NCBI GenBank assembly: GCA_010093995.1
Contig: ML992505.1
Coordinates: 746,273-810,272, forward strand
Length of the DNA: 64,000 nucleotides
Direction: 5' to 3'
Source of the DNA: Elsinoe ampelina
Taxonomy: Eukaryota
Part shown: positions 37,691 to 51,454 of the stretch, piece by piece
How the letters are laid out: each line of letters begins with the position of its first letter
Numbering within the stretch: the stretch's first letter is position 1
Program-made: the position numbers and the translations under genes
Notes under the pieces: model-generated
Database searches by the model: none
The model's input: the letters and a program-made list of their open reading frames with translations, nothing else
What the model was told of the DNA's origin: nothing

Positions 37691-40508
37691 ATGCGGTCAT
37701 GGTTGTCCCTTGTGGCGGCTGTGAGTCTTTTCCAACTCGGAGCTGCCGTCTTTGCAGATGATGCTGGGGTGATTGATTGGCATCAGGCACTTCTGGGACA
37801 TCCTCGACGTGATACTACCTTCTTCCACCAACCTTCACCCGGATCTAAAGCGTCTCTCATCTATACGTTATCAGAGAGGAATGTGATTGGCGCAGTCAAC
37901 CCAAGAGATGGAGCCGTAGTCTGGCGACAGCAATTGGCCGACAATGCGAATCTCACAACATCCTTCCGGGCAGGCCACAACTCAGACACGGTTGTCAGTG
38001 GTGTTGGGTCGGACGTGACGGCATGGGGAGCTTCCGACGGTCGTCAAGTATGGACGGTAGATCTTGGTGCAGAAAGAGTCAAGGATGTGGAGATACTCGA
38101 ATTGGAGACGACAGTCCAACAAGTCAACAAGGACAGCATTGTTCTGGTTGAAGGCAGCCGATCAAAAGTCCTTCGTTTGAACGGCGAGACTGGTCAGATT
38201 GTATGGCAATACAAGGACGACAGTGGTGACGTTCCACATCAAGTATCTGCCTCTGCAACCCAGGTCTACTATGTCGCACTCCACGCGGCTGTTCTTGGAG
38301 GATACAAGATCAAGGTCACGGTCCTGGACCCGACGAATGGCAAGAAGATTGAGCAACATACCCTGAGCTCAGACAGCGAGGTCACCGATCCCGATCATGT
38401 CTTGTCCGTTGGGGCGAACTCGGCATCTCCCATCATCGTCTGGACCGACAAGACATACTCGACTCTCAAGGTTAATGTAATTGGAACCAAGAATATCGCG
38501 ACCTTCAGCATCGCAGCAGGTGTTGAGGACATTTCAGTCCTTGCGCCGTCAAACACAAACAGTCGTCCTCATTTCCTGGTCCAATACAACACTCCTGACC
38601 TATCATGGGCTCAAGTCTTCCATGTCGACCGCAAGAAGGGATCAGTCTTAAAGGCGTACGATTTGCCAATGCTCGAGGGAAGAAGCGCATTCTCTGTCAC
38701 ATCAGACGGCTCCAATGTCTATTTCACCCGTATTTCCGGGCACGAAGTATCTGTGGTATCATCAGCATCGCATGGTGTCCTGACCAGATGGGATACCATG
38801 GGCTTCCGCACTCATGTGTACAATGATGAGGTTCTCCCAGTCCATGCTGCAACTGAGCTGTCTGTCAAAGGCGACACTGTATCGGCTGCCAGATCTGCAG
38901 TCTTCCTCTCGTCTGGCGACTGGGTCCTGGTCCGAGATGATCAGATTGCATGGCAAAGACAGGAACAACTCGCTCATACTATCAAGGCTGTCTGGGCATA
39001 TCCACCAAAACCTCAGCTCTTGAACAGGAAGAAGCAGAAGAAGGTGGCTCCTCCGTCCAATGCTTTTGAAGCTTACATTCGCCGGTGGACTCGCCATATT
39101 CAAGACCTCAAGAAGCTACCTCAATACTTGCCGACAATCCCAGAGCGAATTCTGATCAGTCTCGGCCTTGCTGAACACAAAGACGAGGACATGTTCGAGA
39201 CTCTCAATTCGTTCGGATTCCACAAGATGCTCATCTGTGCGACAAGCAGCGGCCGTTTTCTTGGTCTCGATGCGGGTGCTCAAGGCAAGGTCATCTGGAA
39301 CTTTAGGACCAAAGATGGTTGGGAGCCAATTCCTGGTGTTGAGCCCGTATTAAACTCCTTCCCCGATGCGATCCTTGAATGGAAGAATAGGCCAGAAAGC
39401 GAAACTAGCTACCTCTTTGACGGATCTACGGGTACCTACGTCGATCTTCAACAATACGTCGGTGGTGCTACTTGGTCCGACAACTTTGAGAAGAGTCTTG
39501 CTGGCATCACCGGTCTTGGAGAGAAGAAGGAAGTCAAGACTTGGGAATTCAAGCCTACACTCAATGAAGTGGTTATCAGCAAGGTCAACAGACCTGCAGA
39601 CGGTCCAATTGCCTCTATTGGTCGTGTCCTTGGAGACCGAAAAGTGCTTTACAAGTATATCAATCCGAACCTGCAGCTGATCGCCACCACGTCAGCCGAG
39701 AAGAATACTATCACCACGTATCTGGTCGACTCAATTACTGGAGAGACTCTTCATTCAGCTTTTCACGGATCTTACATCTCCTCTCTACCCTTTTCCTCCG
39801 CTGTTTCCGAGAATTGGTTCTCCTACAGCTTCACATCTCTTGACTCTTCAGGTAGCAGAGCCTCTCAACTGGTCATTGCCGAGCTCTATGAATCCTCTAT
39901 CCCTGACGACCGAGGACCTCTCAATGCCTCCGAGCGCTACCCTCTCAACGAGCCTTACGTCGCCATACAGACCTATGTCATCCCTGAGCCTATTTCGCAA
40001 ATGACAGTCACCCAGACCAGCCAAGGTATAACATCAAAGGAGCTTCTATGCGTTCTCCCAGAGTCCCAATCCGTCATTGGTATTCCACGCATGATCCTCG
40101 ACCCACGTCGTCCCGTCGGCCGCGACCCGAGCAAGACCGAGCAATTAGAAGGACTGATGAAGTACTCACCTGTGCTCGAATTTGATCCAAAGTGGTACAT
40201 CAATCATAACCGAGAACTGCTGGGCATCACCCAAATCAGTGCCAGTCCGGCTGTCTTGGAGAGCACGAGTCTGGTCGTGGCCTGGGGACTGGACATCTTT
40301 GGCACGAGGGTATCGCCTAGTTTCAGCTTCGATGTCCTGGGTAAGGACTTCAACAAGCTGCAGATGCTGGCGACTGTATTGGCGTTAGGAGTGGGCACCG
40401 TCCTGGTCGCGCCTTTGGTAAGCATGTCGGTCGTGAAGAGGGAATAAGCGCTAATGCACATAGGTTGCGAGGAAGCAAGTCAACGGCAGGTGGACATTCG
40501 TCTCATAA
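37691..40508 (+). CDS. EMC1: ER membrane protein complex subunit 1
   Basis: Signal peptide, PQQ-like propeller, RVLGDRKVLYKYINPN, SPAVLESTSLV..GLDIF..SPSFSFDVL..FNK, C-terminal TM. Intron 40418-40463 gives last exon VARKQVNGRWTFVS*. Confidence 0.95.
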
Positions 40509-40833
40509 GCCAATTCTTCCGTCTTGTAGAAAGACAGTCACTGGCTCAAACTGCCATCCGACACCTCCACAATGCCAGATCGGATAGTCGGCACACGTCA
40601 GGCCGGTAGTGGGGAGTTTGCATCTCATGGCGTCAGCGATTTGCGGACCCAAGATCTGCAAATCCGATAACTCCGATGTAATTAACCATCATCATCATGG
40701 TGGGCAGGGGTGAAAAAGCTCAGTTCGGGATGTATAGATAGACATGGCGACGCCCTTCCGCGGCCGCAGACATATTCACTTTCATCCACCCTGCCATCCC
40801 ATACTTGCCCCATCCGTGAACACCCCACCCACC

Positions 40834-41631
40834 ATGTCCGACTCCACCAAGTACACCTCCAAGCTCCACGGCAAACGAATCCTCATCATCGGCGGCTCAG
40901 CAGGCATAGGCTACGCCGTTGCCGAAGCCTCCCTCGAGCACGGCGCACACGTCACCATCTCCTCCTCCCAACCCTCCCGCATCGACCGCGCCATCACCTC
41001 GCTCCTGCACTCCTATCCCAGCGCCAAATCCCGCCTCCAAGGCCACCCGGCCGACATGGCCACCTCTCCCACCCTCGAATCCAACATCGTCTCTCTCCTC
41101 GACTTCGCCACCGAGAAGAACACCAAGAAACTAGACCACATCGTCTGGACCGCCGGAGACGCATTGGCAGTCATGCCCCTGTCCGACCTCACGGTGGAGA
41201 AAGTGACGCAAGCAGGCATGGTGCGCTTCTTCGGCCCCGTGATGCTGGGGAAACACGCGGGGACGTACCTCAACCCTGGTCCGGAGAGCGGCATCGTGCT
41301 CACGACGGGGAGCGTGAGCGAGCGGCCGATACCCGGGTGGGCGGCGCCCGGGGGGTTCGCGACGGCGCTGCATGGGTTGAACCGGGGGTTGGCGTTGGAT
41401 TTGAAGCCGGTGAGGTGTAATCTTGTGTCGCCTGGCGCGGTGGACACGGAGTTGTGGGCGGGGATGAGTGGGGAGGAGAGGCGGAGGAGGTTCGAGTATT
41501 TTGGGGAGAAGAGTACGACGGGGAGGGTGGGGAGGGTGGAGGATGTGGCCGAGGCGTATTTGTATCTTATGAGGGATCAGAATGTGACGGGGAGTTTGGT
41601 CTCGACGAATGCCGGGGCGTTGTTGGTGTAG
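40834..41631 (+). CDS. Short-chain dehydrogenase/reductase (no canonical YxxxK)
   Basis: GGSAGIG, RCNLVSPGAVDTELW, GRVG.VEDVAEAYLYLM; ATG in good context at 40834. Confidence 0.9.
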   Translation: MSDSTKYTSKLHGKRILIIGGSAGIGYAVAEASLEHGAHVTISSSQPSRIDRAITSLLHSYPSAKSRLQGHPADMATSPTLESNIVSLLDFATEKNTKKLDHIVWTAGDALAVMPLSDLTVEKVTQAGMVRFFGPVMLGKHAGTYLNPGPESGIVLTTGSVSERPIPGWAAPGGFATALHGLNRGLALDLKPVRCNLVSPGAVDTELWAGMSGEERRRRFEYFGEKSTTGRVGRVEDVAEAYLYLMRDQNVTGSLVSTNAGALLV

Positions 41632-41778
41632 TGCAGGGAGGAAGGAGTGGTCATGGCTGGAGGTGAGAGGTATCGATTGGTGGCAGAAGTTCTGTAGGAG
41701 CCTGCTTAATGTTGACTATGACTTGGACGAAAGCCGTGGTGTTTCTGGACCCGACAGTGAGAACTTGCGTGGTCTCGA

Positions 41779-43003
41779 TCAATTCCCGCTCTCGTGCAAG
41801 ACTGTGATGTCGACATCGACCTGTATCCTGTCGCCATGATCCTCCTGCTTTGATCGTAGGCTAGAGTGGATAGTCGCACGAGTCTGGGCCCTTTGTGAAG
41901 TCCTACCACCCTTTGTAGCTATTGTCTTGACGGTCGGACCGACGAAGAGGTTGCCCGCGGCTTCATCGTATGCACGTCGATCGGTGGAAGTCGAGTATGT
42001 GGCTCCGCCTCTTTCGAAGGGTCTCAGTGCTGCTTTGAATGATGGGATACTGCAAGTGAGGAGTGACCAGGCCAGCATGGTTTGGAGCCAGACAGCTTGG
42101 TCGACATGGGCAAAAGCGACATCTTCGGCTGATGCTGTATTCTTGATACTTGCTGCATGAAGAGCTGCAGGGATGACGAGTGCTACCCGTGGGACGAATG
42201 ATATCGTTACAGCGATCTTATGAGAGCGTTTGAGCTGGATGTGGTTGACAAGGACGCAGACGAGCCCAAGAGAGACGGCTTCGATGAGGAGATCCGCGGT
42301 AGATATAGCAGTCCATCTTGCATACTGCAGTCGGTCAGCGCGGTTGGCACATGCAGAGGAGTGACCCTTACCTCGCCTTCGCAAGTAGCTCCACCCGCAG
42401 AAGTGATGGAAGGATCGCACTTGATGAACAGGACAAGCAGAGCAGAGATCGTCCAAAGTACGCAGAGGCCCATCAGGACTTCACAGAACCTCTTCGCGGC
42501 GACCATTTGCTTTGCAAAAAGACGATGGACCAGCGCCGCGATAGTCAACTTCGCACCTCCGTAAGATAGTACGAACAGTATCTGAGCGGCTTGAAATATC
42601 TGCAGGTCATCAGAACTACTACAGGACAGGCGAGTCTCTGTGAAATGACCTTTGATGCGCTTCTCCAATTGTAGCCTTCGTCCAGGAGGACAGCGTTCGC
42701 TCGTCCGAGTCCAGCGGCGACTGCTGCGAAAAGTAGAGCATGCTGTACTGTACCCAGGAGCTTGAAGATTGTCAGTGAGGGGCAACATGATGGAGTCCAG
42801 TCGCATACTGTACTACCAGCACAAATCCAGTCGTCCATCCCGAAGTGACCATACTTTACCCAGCCTCTCATTACGAGAAAGCATAAGCAGTATGACAGCG
42901 TCATAGCCCCACAGACCTGCACCCATCCTGACCGATTTGTGTCGGTTAGCTGCGAGACGTAGTAGATGCCCTCGTAGTCAGCCAGAGCATCCTTTGAAGC
43001 CAT
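41779..43003 (-). CDS. Pth11-like / fungal rhodopsin-domain integral membrane protein; 4 exons
   Basis: R.WVKYGHFGMDDW, GLGR, AKL, S+LTCSIPSFKAAL motifs. Three GT..CTGA..AG introns join the ORF fragments. Confidence 0.8.
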
Positions 43004-43743
43004 GTCTGTGGACAAGTGACGCAGAGAATGAGGATTCAGAGGTCGGGGTGAGCTCTTGACTTCGATCTGTCAAAGATCTGTCAAACAGGGGTCGGTAGAA
43101 GATCCGGAGGTATTCGCTACTGTAAGCGGTTCATTCGGGGTTGTGGTTTGAGAAGTTCATGTTTTGAACCAATTCAGGGCTACAGATTGTGCCTTATCAT
43201 GCTCTGCTCAATAATATGAGATGAGAGATTACGTCGTCTCGTCCAAGTATCATGAAGTGGGATGCAATGATCTGATAGTGCCATTACCCTGAGTGTCGAC
43301 ATTCTGCCCTGACCAGCGTCGAGCATTGATCGCTTCTGGTAGGACTTTGACTTCTGCCGGAGAACTTTCGGTGAATATAACTCATCCTTGGGTGAGCTTC
43401 AGCTGTATAGATTAGGGTCAAGCTTTTTTTGAAGCTCAAAGACTGCCACAAATGATAAGCCGTTCCAGGGTCTCTGCGGGAGGCGTTAAACTTACCATTG
43501 TCTTGTTCTTCTTCAAGCCATTCAATGTGCTCTTATCTGCGTGTGACATCCACGACACTCCTGTGCACATTCGCATGCCCTAGTCAATGTCCAGTCAGTC
43601 GTTCGGCCGCCAAGCAGTATCGAATGAATATCTACGCCGCCTGAGGTAGGGCTTTTTAGATAAGTGATGAGAATATCCGATGATTGAACGGACATGTATG
43701 AATTGATCAAGCTGCCACAATCTCAGTCGACCTTGACCATACA

Positions 43744-45541
43744 ATGATGCGAGGACCAGTGTATCGAGCTGACGGGCATGAAATGAGCCTGCTTCAGCGG
43801 GACTCTGCAGAGTCGCCTCGTGCAGTGACGCCAGGGTCAACAAGGTCACCTGCGGCTACATCACAGGTGAACATGGTCGAAGATGAGCGACAGCAGGAGA
43901 GAAAAGTTGATTCGCTGGGCTGTAATGAGCATGACCTGCAAGACATGATTCGAATGGGAAAACAGCAACAGTTTCGGCGCATCTTCAGGCAGTTCTCATT
44001 AGTCTGCTTTGCTGCAATATCCATGGCGACCTGGGAGTTCATTCTGATCGCAAACGACGCTGGTCTCATGGACGGTGGTCGAGGAGGCTTCTTCTGGACG
44101 TGTGAGTAGGTCGAGACTGATTTCGCCGTCATGACTGACAAGATCAGACATGTTTACCTGTGTCGGCTTCTTTACCATCTGCGCCTCGATAGCTGAAATG
44201 TCCTCAATATCTCCAACAGCAGGAGGACAGTACCATTGGGTGTCCGAATTTGCAGCACCGGCATGGCAACAGCCTCTGAGCTACTTTGCAGGATGGATAA
44301 CAACACTCTGCTGGCAGGCTGCGGTTGCCTCCTCGCCCTATACAGTCGGAGGCTTGATCCAGGCCATCATAGGAGTGCTGGACCCGGATTATGGCTTCGA
44401 TCGGTGGCATGGCTTTCTCCTCGCGGTCGCCTGTACCTGCTTCACCTCGACCATTAACATCTATGGAGCCAACCTCCTACCAGCAATGCAGAACATTGTC
44501 TTCACTCTGCATGTCTTTGCCTTTATCGCCATTGTTGCAATCATGTGGATCCTGGGTCCTCATGTTGATGGATCCTCGGCGATGAACACTTTCGAAAACC
44601 TCGGAGGATGGGGGAGCATCGCTACTGCAGCAATGATCGGCCAGATATCGTCAATATACGTCCTTGGAGGTGGGCATCCATACTTGTCGAGAGGGTTATG
44701 CTGACATGGTTGTAGCCACCGATGCCGCCGCTCACATGGCCGAGGAAGTCCGTGATGCTTCTGTCGTGGTCCCTCGAGCCATTATGAACACGCTGTACAT
44801 CAATGCAGCATTAGGCGTGGTCATGCTGGTCACGATCAACTTTTGTCTCCCGAATGTCGGGGATGCCATCGGCCATCCAAGTGGATATGCCTTTATCTAT
44901 ATCCTTGAGTACTCGCTTCCTACGTCAGGTATCGTCGGCATCATCGGCATTCTCATCGCGCTGATTGTAGCGAACTGTCTGAGTAACCAGGCTTCGACTG
45001 CGAGGACGACATTTGCATTTGCAAGAGATGAAGGGTTACCGTTCAGTAAATGGATAGCGCATGTCCACGAAGGGACAAGGATGCCAGTGAATGCCATTGT
45101 GCTGAGTTCGGGAATCACAATTGCTCTGAATGCGTTGTATCTCGTTTCGACTGCAGCTTTCGATGCAATGGTGAGTCGGTCCTGTCGAGTTATGATTTTG
45201 ACTGACCTATGTAGCTCTCCCTATACGGATCAGCACAGCTTTTCAGCTTTACTCTAGCGATCGCATGCTTTGCTCATCGCCGGATTACCAAGCCGCAGAC
45301 GATCAAGTCAGCCAGGTGGAGTCTGGGTCGCTGGGGTCTGCCCATCAACATCGCCGCTGTCGTGTACACTCTGTTCGCCTTCTTCTGGACGTTCTGGCCC
45401 GAATCTGTACCGAAGAGTGCAGAAGATATGAACTGGGTCTCGGTGATTTTCGTTGGCGTTGTGCTGCTGTCAATCGCATTCTTCTTGACAACTGCAAAAG
45501 GAGTCTTCAAAGGACCAGTGCGGACCATAAAGGAAGCCTGA
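43744..45541 (+). CDS. APC-family amino-acid permease (choline/GABA type); 4 exons
   Basis: SIAEMSSISPTAGGQYHWVSEFA, DAAAHMAEEV, RTTFAFARDEGLPFS, WSLGRWGLPIN, MNW. Introns 44102-44147, 44670-44715, 45171-45214. Start may be 43783. Confidence 0.92.
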
Positions 45542-46723
45542 GATATTATCAATAGGATTATATACTTCCAAAGGTCATTTTTCTCTACGATCAACGCAAC
45601 GAACACGCATGTTTCTATCCTGTGACGGTGATTTATTAATTGTTCCATCACTGCCTTGGGTGGCTCATCCAGAGGCGGTTCATTCAACCTCATGTCTTGG
45701 CGCCGCCTTTCACAGAGGGTGGCGCATAAGTGCAACGACCGTTATGGACTACCAGGGGCGCGCACAAGTGTAGCGAATGGAAGAATGTAAGTGGATAGTC
45801 TCCTTGTTCAATCCAAAAACATGGCAAACTGGGAAGAAAAGTTTGAGGCCGGGTTGTGGTTCAGGAACAGCCACTTGCAAGGATCCCACAAGAGCCGCAC
45901 TTTGTACCTGAATAGAAAAGCGAACCCAGGTGATCGACTTGGGATGAGCTTGTCTTTGGTGGCCAAGGCAGATCACGAAGAGGTTCGCGATGGTCATCGA
46001 GTCAACTGCCGGACCGTCAGCATGTTTAGCCGCCAGCCCAGCTTGCACGAGTCGTTTTGGAAAGATAAGGACATTTGCACACTTCCGATTCCGAGCTCTC
46101 AAAGAACCAAATCTCGATCTGAGTACGTCATGCAGTTTTGGGGGGCGGACCAAAAGAAGAACGGCGGCAATCGGTAGTTGAGCTTGAGCCGCGGCAGTCT
46201 GGGTGACGAACACCTGGATATATTTTATCCTTGTTCATTTTCCATGCAGTTTGCCTTCCGAACTTCCGTTCATATACTGCATTATCGATCATGGTACTCA
46301 AGAAACGGCAGGCGAAGATTGAACCTAGCGCCACCCAGCCGCAGAGCTTTCAGCAATCCCATCGATGGTGCGATCCTCCGTACAACTGCTGGCGAGACAA
46401 CCCCAGATTCTGCGGTCGTGACAGTCAAATGACGTTTGAAATACTCACTTTTCCGGACCAAAGGTGGTGCTAAACGTCACGCAACAGATCTCTCACCCGT
46501 CTCGACACCAGATCTGTTTGTTCGTCTCCGATGGTGTTTGATGTAGCCAATCGCTAGTGCGTCGATTACGCGACACCTGGTTCCCCCTGCGTTGAGCGGT
46601 ATAAGATACGCTGTCTCCTTGTTCCAAGAATCCTTTCACACATTTACCTACCACCCACATACTCCCCAAGACCTGTGTCCTAAACCACGACACAACCCTA
46701 CTTCGTATTAACTCTACACAATC

Positions 46724-48555
46724 ATGGCACCGCACGCCACGAACGGAGGTCCAGCGCCATCCCCGGATGTTCGCCAGAATGGTCTTTTGGCGGCAGATTA
46801 CGCAGCAGACCGCAACACAGCTTCCAAGGACGTCATCTACACAGCCAGCAATGGTGCCCCGATTGGTCATCCATACGCTAGTCAGCGTGCTGGAGACAAC
46901 GGTCCCCTCCTCCTCCAGGACTTTCACTTGATCGATCTTCTCAGCCACTTCGACCGCGAGCGAATCCCCGAGCGTGTTGTCCACGCCAAAGGAGGAGGTG
47001 CACACGGATACTACAAGACTACTGATCCTCTCGACGATCTATGCATGGCGGAGCTCTTCCAGGCTGGTGGCGAGTGCCCCATCACTGTCCGCTTCAGTAC
47101 TGTCGGTGGAGAGAGCGGCAGCCACGACATGGCCCGCGATCCTCGTGGATTCTCTGTCAAGTTCAGGACGACTGAAGGCAACTGGGATGTCGTCGCCAAC
47201 AACACGCCCGCTTTCTTTCTCCGTGATCCAGTCAAGGTATGTGATTCCTCGGCAAAACTCGAAACTATTAAGTCCCCATTACATCTTCACACTTGCTATG
47301 TCATGTTATCCAGTCCCAATGCACCAGAACTGATCAAAAATCGCAGTTCCCGATGTTTATTCACACTCAGAAGAGAGATCCGTCAACTCATCTGACTCAC
47401 GCCGACGATGCTACCCATTTCTGGGAGTATGCTTGCCACAACCCAGAGTCTGTCCATCAATTCATGATTCTGATGGGTGACCGCGGTATTCCCGAGAATT
47501 GGAGGAAAATGCACGGTTACTACGGCCACTCCCTGAAGCTCATCCAAAAGGATGGCCAATGGGTATACGCACAGTTTCACTTCAAGTCTAAGCAAGGTGC
47601 TGGCTTTGTTACGCAAGAGGACTCTTTCAACTACTCGCCAGATGCTTCTCAGAAGGATCTATATGAGGCTATTGAGAAGGGCGAGTACCCAGGGTGGGAC
47701 GTCTGTGTCCAGACAGTCACTCCTCAGGAAGCAGAGAAGATGTGGGAGGAGAAGGGTATCAACGTACTCGACTTGACAATGGTTTGGCCACAAAAGGAGT
47801 ATCCCTTGAGGAAGATTGGAGAATTTTTCCTGAACGAAAATGTGGCGAACTATTTCGCCGAGATTGAGCAAATCGCTTTCAGCCCCAGCCACATGATCCC
47901 TGGAATTGAGCCATCAGCGGACCCGGTTCTTCAATCCAGGCTCTTCTCTTACCCAGATACTCACCGCCACCGTGTCGGCGTCAATTACCAGCAGCTGCCA
48001 ATCAACCAGCACCGCAGCAAGTACCAGGCTGGAAACTTCCAACGCGATGGTTCTATGTCCTTCTACAACCAGGGAGGAAGGGCAAATTATCTCTCAGCAG
48101 CCGACCCGATCTCCTTTTCTTCCAAGGTCGTTGACCTGAACAAGACCCACGGTCATTTCATCGGCCAAGCGGTTTTGCACCTCTCCCAGATCCTACCCTG
48201 CGATTTCAACGCACCACGAGCCCTATGGGAGAAGGTTTGGGACGAGCCAGCCCGCGAGCGCTTCATCAAGAACATCAGCGGCCACATGTCGACAGTCAAG
48301 GACGACGAAATCATCAAGAGGCAAATCGCAATCTTCAGCGAAGTCTCCAAGGATCTGTCAGCCCGCCTTGAGAAGGCCACTGGCATCAAGGGCTACGACG
48401 GCATTTCAGAGATGTCATTCATGGGCAGCCACAACGGTATGGCCAAGAGCGAGAAGAACAAGATCGCCAACGGTGGTCAGGGTCAGATCAAGCAGTCCAA
48501 GATTGACACCAACGGGGCTTTGTATGCCGGCTCGCACCAGGCAGTAATGGCATGA
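46724..48555 (+). CDS. Small-subunit monofunctional heme catalase; 2 exons
   Basis: FDRERIPERVVHAKG, VRFSTV, RDPRGF, RLFSYPDTHRHR. Intron 47237-47346. Confidence 0.96.
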
Positions 48556-49159
48556 TTTTTTTTCGACAAGGATACCTATATAGCGTGTACAGTAGACTAG
48601 GCAATGCAACAGAACCAGTTCCAGCATACTATCATGTTCTTGTCGTGCGTTTCGGCGATGTGAAAGTCACCGCATGACGTCGGAAGAGCCGCGTGCGCTC
48701 TGCAACCTCCTCACCATTTCTTCACGCTCTCTCATCTCACCAGCACTTCACCCCAGACTTATAGCAGCTCTAGGATCCGATCGGTTCCATTATTCAATCA
48801 GAAGTCCATGGCTGTCACAAAAATCATTGTCATCTTCAACTTGCTGGGGTGTGTCCTGGTAGTACCTGGCGTGGTAATTCAATCAGTCGCGTTGGTCGCT
48901 CGCTGATGGCCCTGCTTCCCTGGTAGTACTTGTGATGACCATCTCCACTTGTGTATGATAGTATTCGGTATGGTCTAGAGTGGCTATCCCTCCTGGTAGT
49001 GTTCGATTCTCGGCGTTGCAAGCCCATCTGTCGGGTCGTCAAGGACCCAGTTTGCTCCCTGGTAGGACTTTCCGTAACGAGATCATTGTGAGGGCTCCTC
49101 CGGAACCATGTTCGTCTAGCTCGATGCGATGGTCATGATAGAACTCGTCCAGTCGTTAC

Positions 49160-50270
49160 TTACATGTGCATCTTGATCGATTCAAGTACCTCGTCTATAT
49201 GCAGAACCTTGATATCGTAGTCCTTCAACTTCACATCGGCGTCCCCCTTGATCGCGCTCGCAATGATGAAGCCCTCATCATACGCCCTCAAATCCATCTG
49301 CGTGTCCCTCACCCTCTCCCCTTTCAACCACACCTCAACCCCCTCCTCCCTCCCTCCCCACATCCCCTCCATCGCACACCTCGCCGGAGCTCCAGGCCTT
49401 GGACTCCTCACCCCCCTAAACTCCAACTCCTTCAACCACCCCGCCAACAACGCCTCCCCAGCCAGCTTGATATACGCCTCCTTGTACGCAAAAAAAGCAT
49501 AAAACCTCCTCAACTTCGCCTCCGTAACCAATTCCGAATCAAACCTGACCACCTCCTCCCCACCCCTCCCATCCAGCACCCTCACAACCACCTCCTCCCC
49601 CCTCCTCACAACCCTGTCCGCCCTCCCCAAGTCCCTCCCCTCCACAACCCTCCCATCAAGCAACGTGACATAATCCACCGAAAACGCCATATCAAACCTC
49701 TCCGCGTCGGAGAACACCTCCGCGAAAACGTCCACAAACCCATCCACCCCCTCGGCGTCCACGGCGCGGTAATCGTCCCTCTCCCCGGGCAACGTGACGT
49801 CCGTCCCGACCAAGACGGCGGGATCGCGTCCCCGCGCCAACGCCGCGCCGGCGTCCGCGGGCGCGTACCCGATCAGCGTCACGAGCCCGGCTTGGTGGGA
49901 GACGTTGAAGTCGAAATTCGCAAAGGCGCCGGAGGGGAGCAGAGCGGCGGGTTTGCCGTGTTGGGGGTTGTGGCGGCGGGCGATGGCCGTGGTGGGGAAT
50001 GGGATGCAGAGGACTTGCGATGTGTAGAGTCGTTTGAGCAGGGCGGAGGCGAGGGACATGCGGGCGTCGGTGATGTGGTGTTTGCGGAGGATGGGGACTT
50101 GGTCGGCTGTGGGGAGGAGGGAGAGGGGGTGCGGGGCCTGGAGGGGGTTAGAAGGGCGGGGAGCGGGAGGGGGGAGGAGGTACGGCGGTTTTGATGGAGG
50201 AGCCGGGCCAGAGGGAGCGGGTGTCGAGGAGCCAGAGGGTGAGTTTGCCGGGGTGAGGGGGGGAGGTCAT
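49160..50270 (-). CDS. npgA: Sfp-type 4'-phosphopantetheinyl transferase (NpgA/Lys5-like); 2 exons
   Basis: WLLDTRSLWP, DARMSLASALLKR, HGKP, FNVSHQAG, VGTDV, KEAYIKLAGEALLA. Intron 50138-50183 resolves the apparent frameshift. Confidence 0.9.
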
Positions 50271-50791
50271 GGTGGCTGTTGGAGAGAGGATGGATTTGTG
50301 ATTAAGGATGGAGAGTTGGTCGTCCCAGACCTTGGACTTGATGTGTGATGCTGCTGATTTCTGCTGGTAGTACTGCCTTGATGGGCGAAGTTGAAGAGTG
50401 TTAGGGCAATGTTGGCGGCGTGCTAATTTGTGAATGTCAGTCACGTGCATCGCCTCCACATGCGGCTTTGTTTGCGCAAGCTGAACTCCCCATTCCTTTG
50501 CTATGACAACATCAAATGGAAGGGCACGTTCTGTCATCAAGACACCGAGATGATCAAGAGAAATCCGTTCTGAACGAACCCTGTGACATGGTCAATTAGA
50601 TACTACCTAGACTCTTCACAACAAGGGACATGTACTTCACGAAAGACTTCACAATCTACACCACGGCATTAGCGCAACGCTGGACAAGAACCACCAGGAA
50701 GGTCCAAAGATGACAACGACACTGAGCATGAAGAAGAGACATGTTCATTTCCTATCAACCCATGTACCAAACCCCTCCTATCTACCATCCT

Positions 50792-51454
50792 TTACAACCT
50801 CGACCCATGCACAATCTTATAATCCACCACCAACTCCCTACCGGCATCATTAATGACCAAAACCCTCACGCTACCCCTCCCGTTGTTGAAGCTATCCTCC
50901 ACCCTGCTCAACAACCCACTCTGGTCCAAGACCGGCAGTCCCTGCTTGACATCCCCGGTTTCAGTCATGGCCACGACACGCCCGTCAGACCTGATGTCCA
51001 AGACACGGTACTGCTTGAACACCGGGCCGAGCATGTTCTGCACCTCGACGGACGGCGAGGGATTGCTCACAAAGGAGTTCTCCTCGTGGAGTTCCTTGGT
51101 GAAGAGGTCAACACCGAGGTAGCGGTGCTGGCCGGTATGCTGGGAGGTGGTGATGCGGATGACCTGGCATGGCCTTCCCTGGAGGATGACGAGATCGCCA
51201 ATGCGGATGTGGTGGCATGGGATGGTGACGGTGTTGGGGGTGGTGCGACGGTCGACGTAGCGGACTGACTCGCGGACTTCTGTGCGGCGAGGCGCAGAGA
51301 CGGGGATCTCGCGGTCTTCGACGACGACTTCTTCGCGGCGGTGGTGGTGATGGTGGTGGTCGCTACCGTGGATGGGGTGGAGAATGCGGTCGGCTGCGCG
51401 CTGCACGCCGTGGCGGAAGGAGTGGTAGTGGCCGTCTTCGTCGTAGTAACCCAT
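50792..51454 (-). CDS. hex-1: Woronin body major protein HEX-1 (core ORF; upstream in-frame exons reach at least 52045)
   Basis: MGYYDEDG start, His tract, eIF5A-like TVTIPCHHIRIGD..LQGRPCQVIRI..GVDLFTK, C-terminal PTS1 SRL. Confidence 0.96.
   Translation of the reverse strand: MGYYDEDGHYHSFRHGVQRAADRILHPIHGSDHHHHHHRREEVVVEDREIPVSAPRRTEVRESVRYVDRRTTPNTVTIPCHHIRIGDLVILQGRPCQVIRITTSQHTGQHRYLGVDLFTKELHEENSFVSNPSPSVEVQNMLGPVFKQYRVLDIRSDGRVVAMTETGDVKQGLPVLDQSGLLSRVEDSFNNGRGSVRVLVINDAGRELVVDYKIVHGSRL

Noticed and set aside
45749..46473. Short ORFs between the permease and the catalase
   Set aside because: No motif or coherent exon structure found; cannot support a gene.
49160..50270. Frameshifted npgA pseudogene
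   Set aside because: A 46 nt GT..CTAAC..CAG intron restores the frame.
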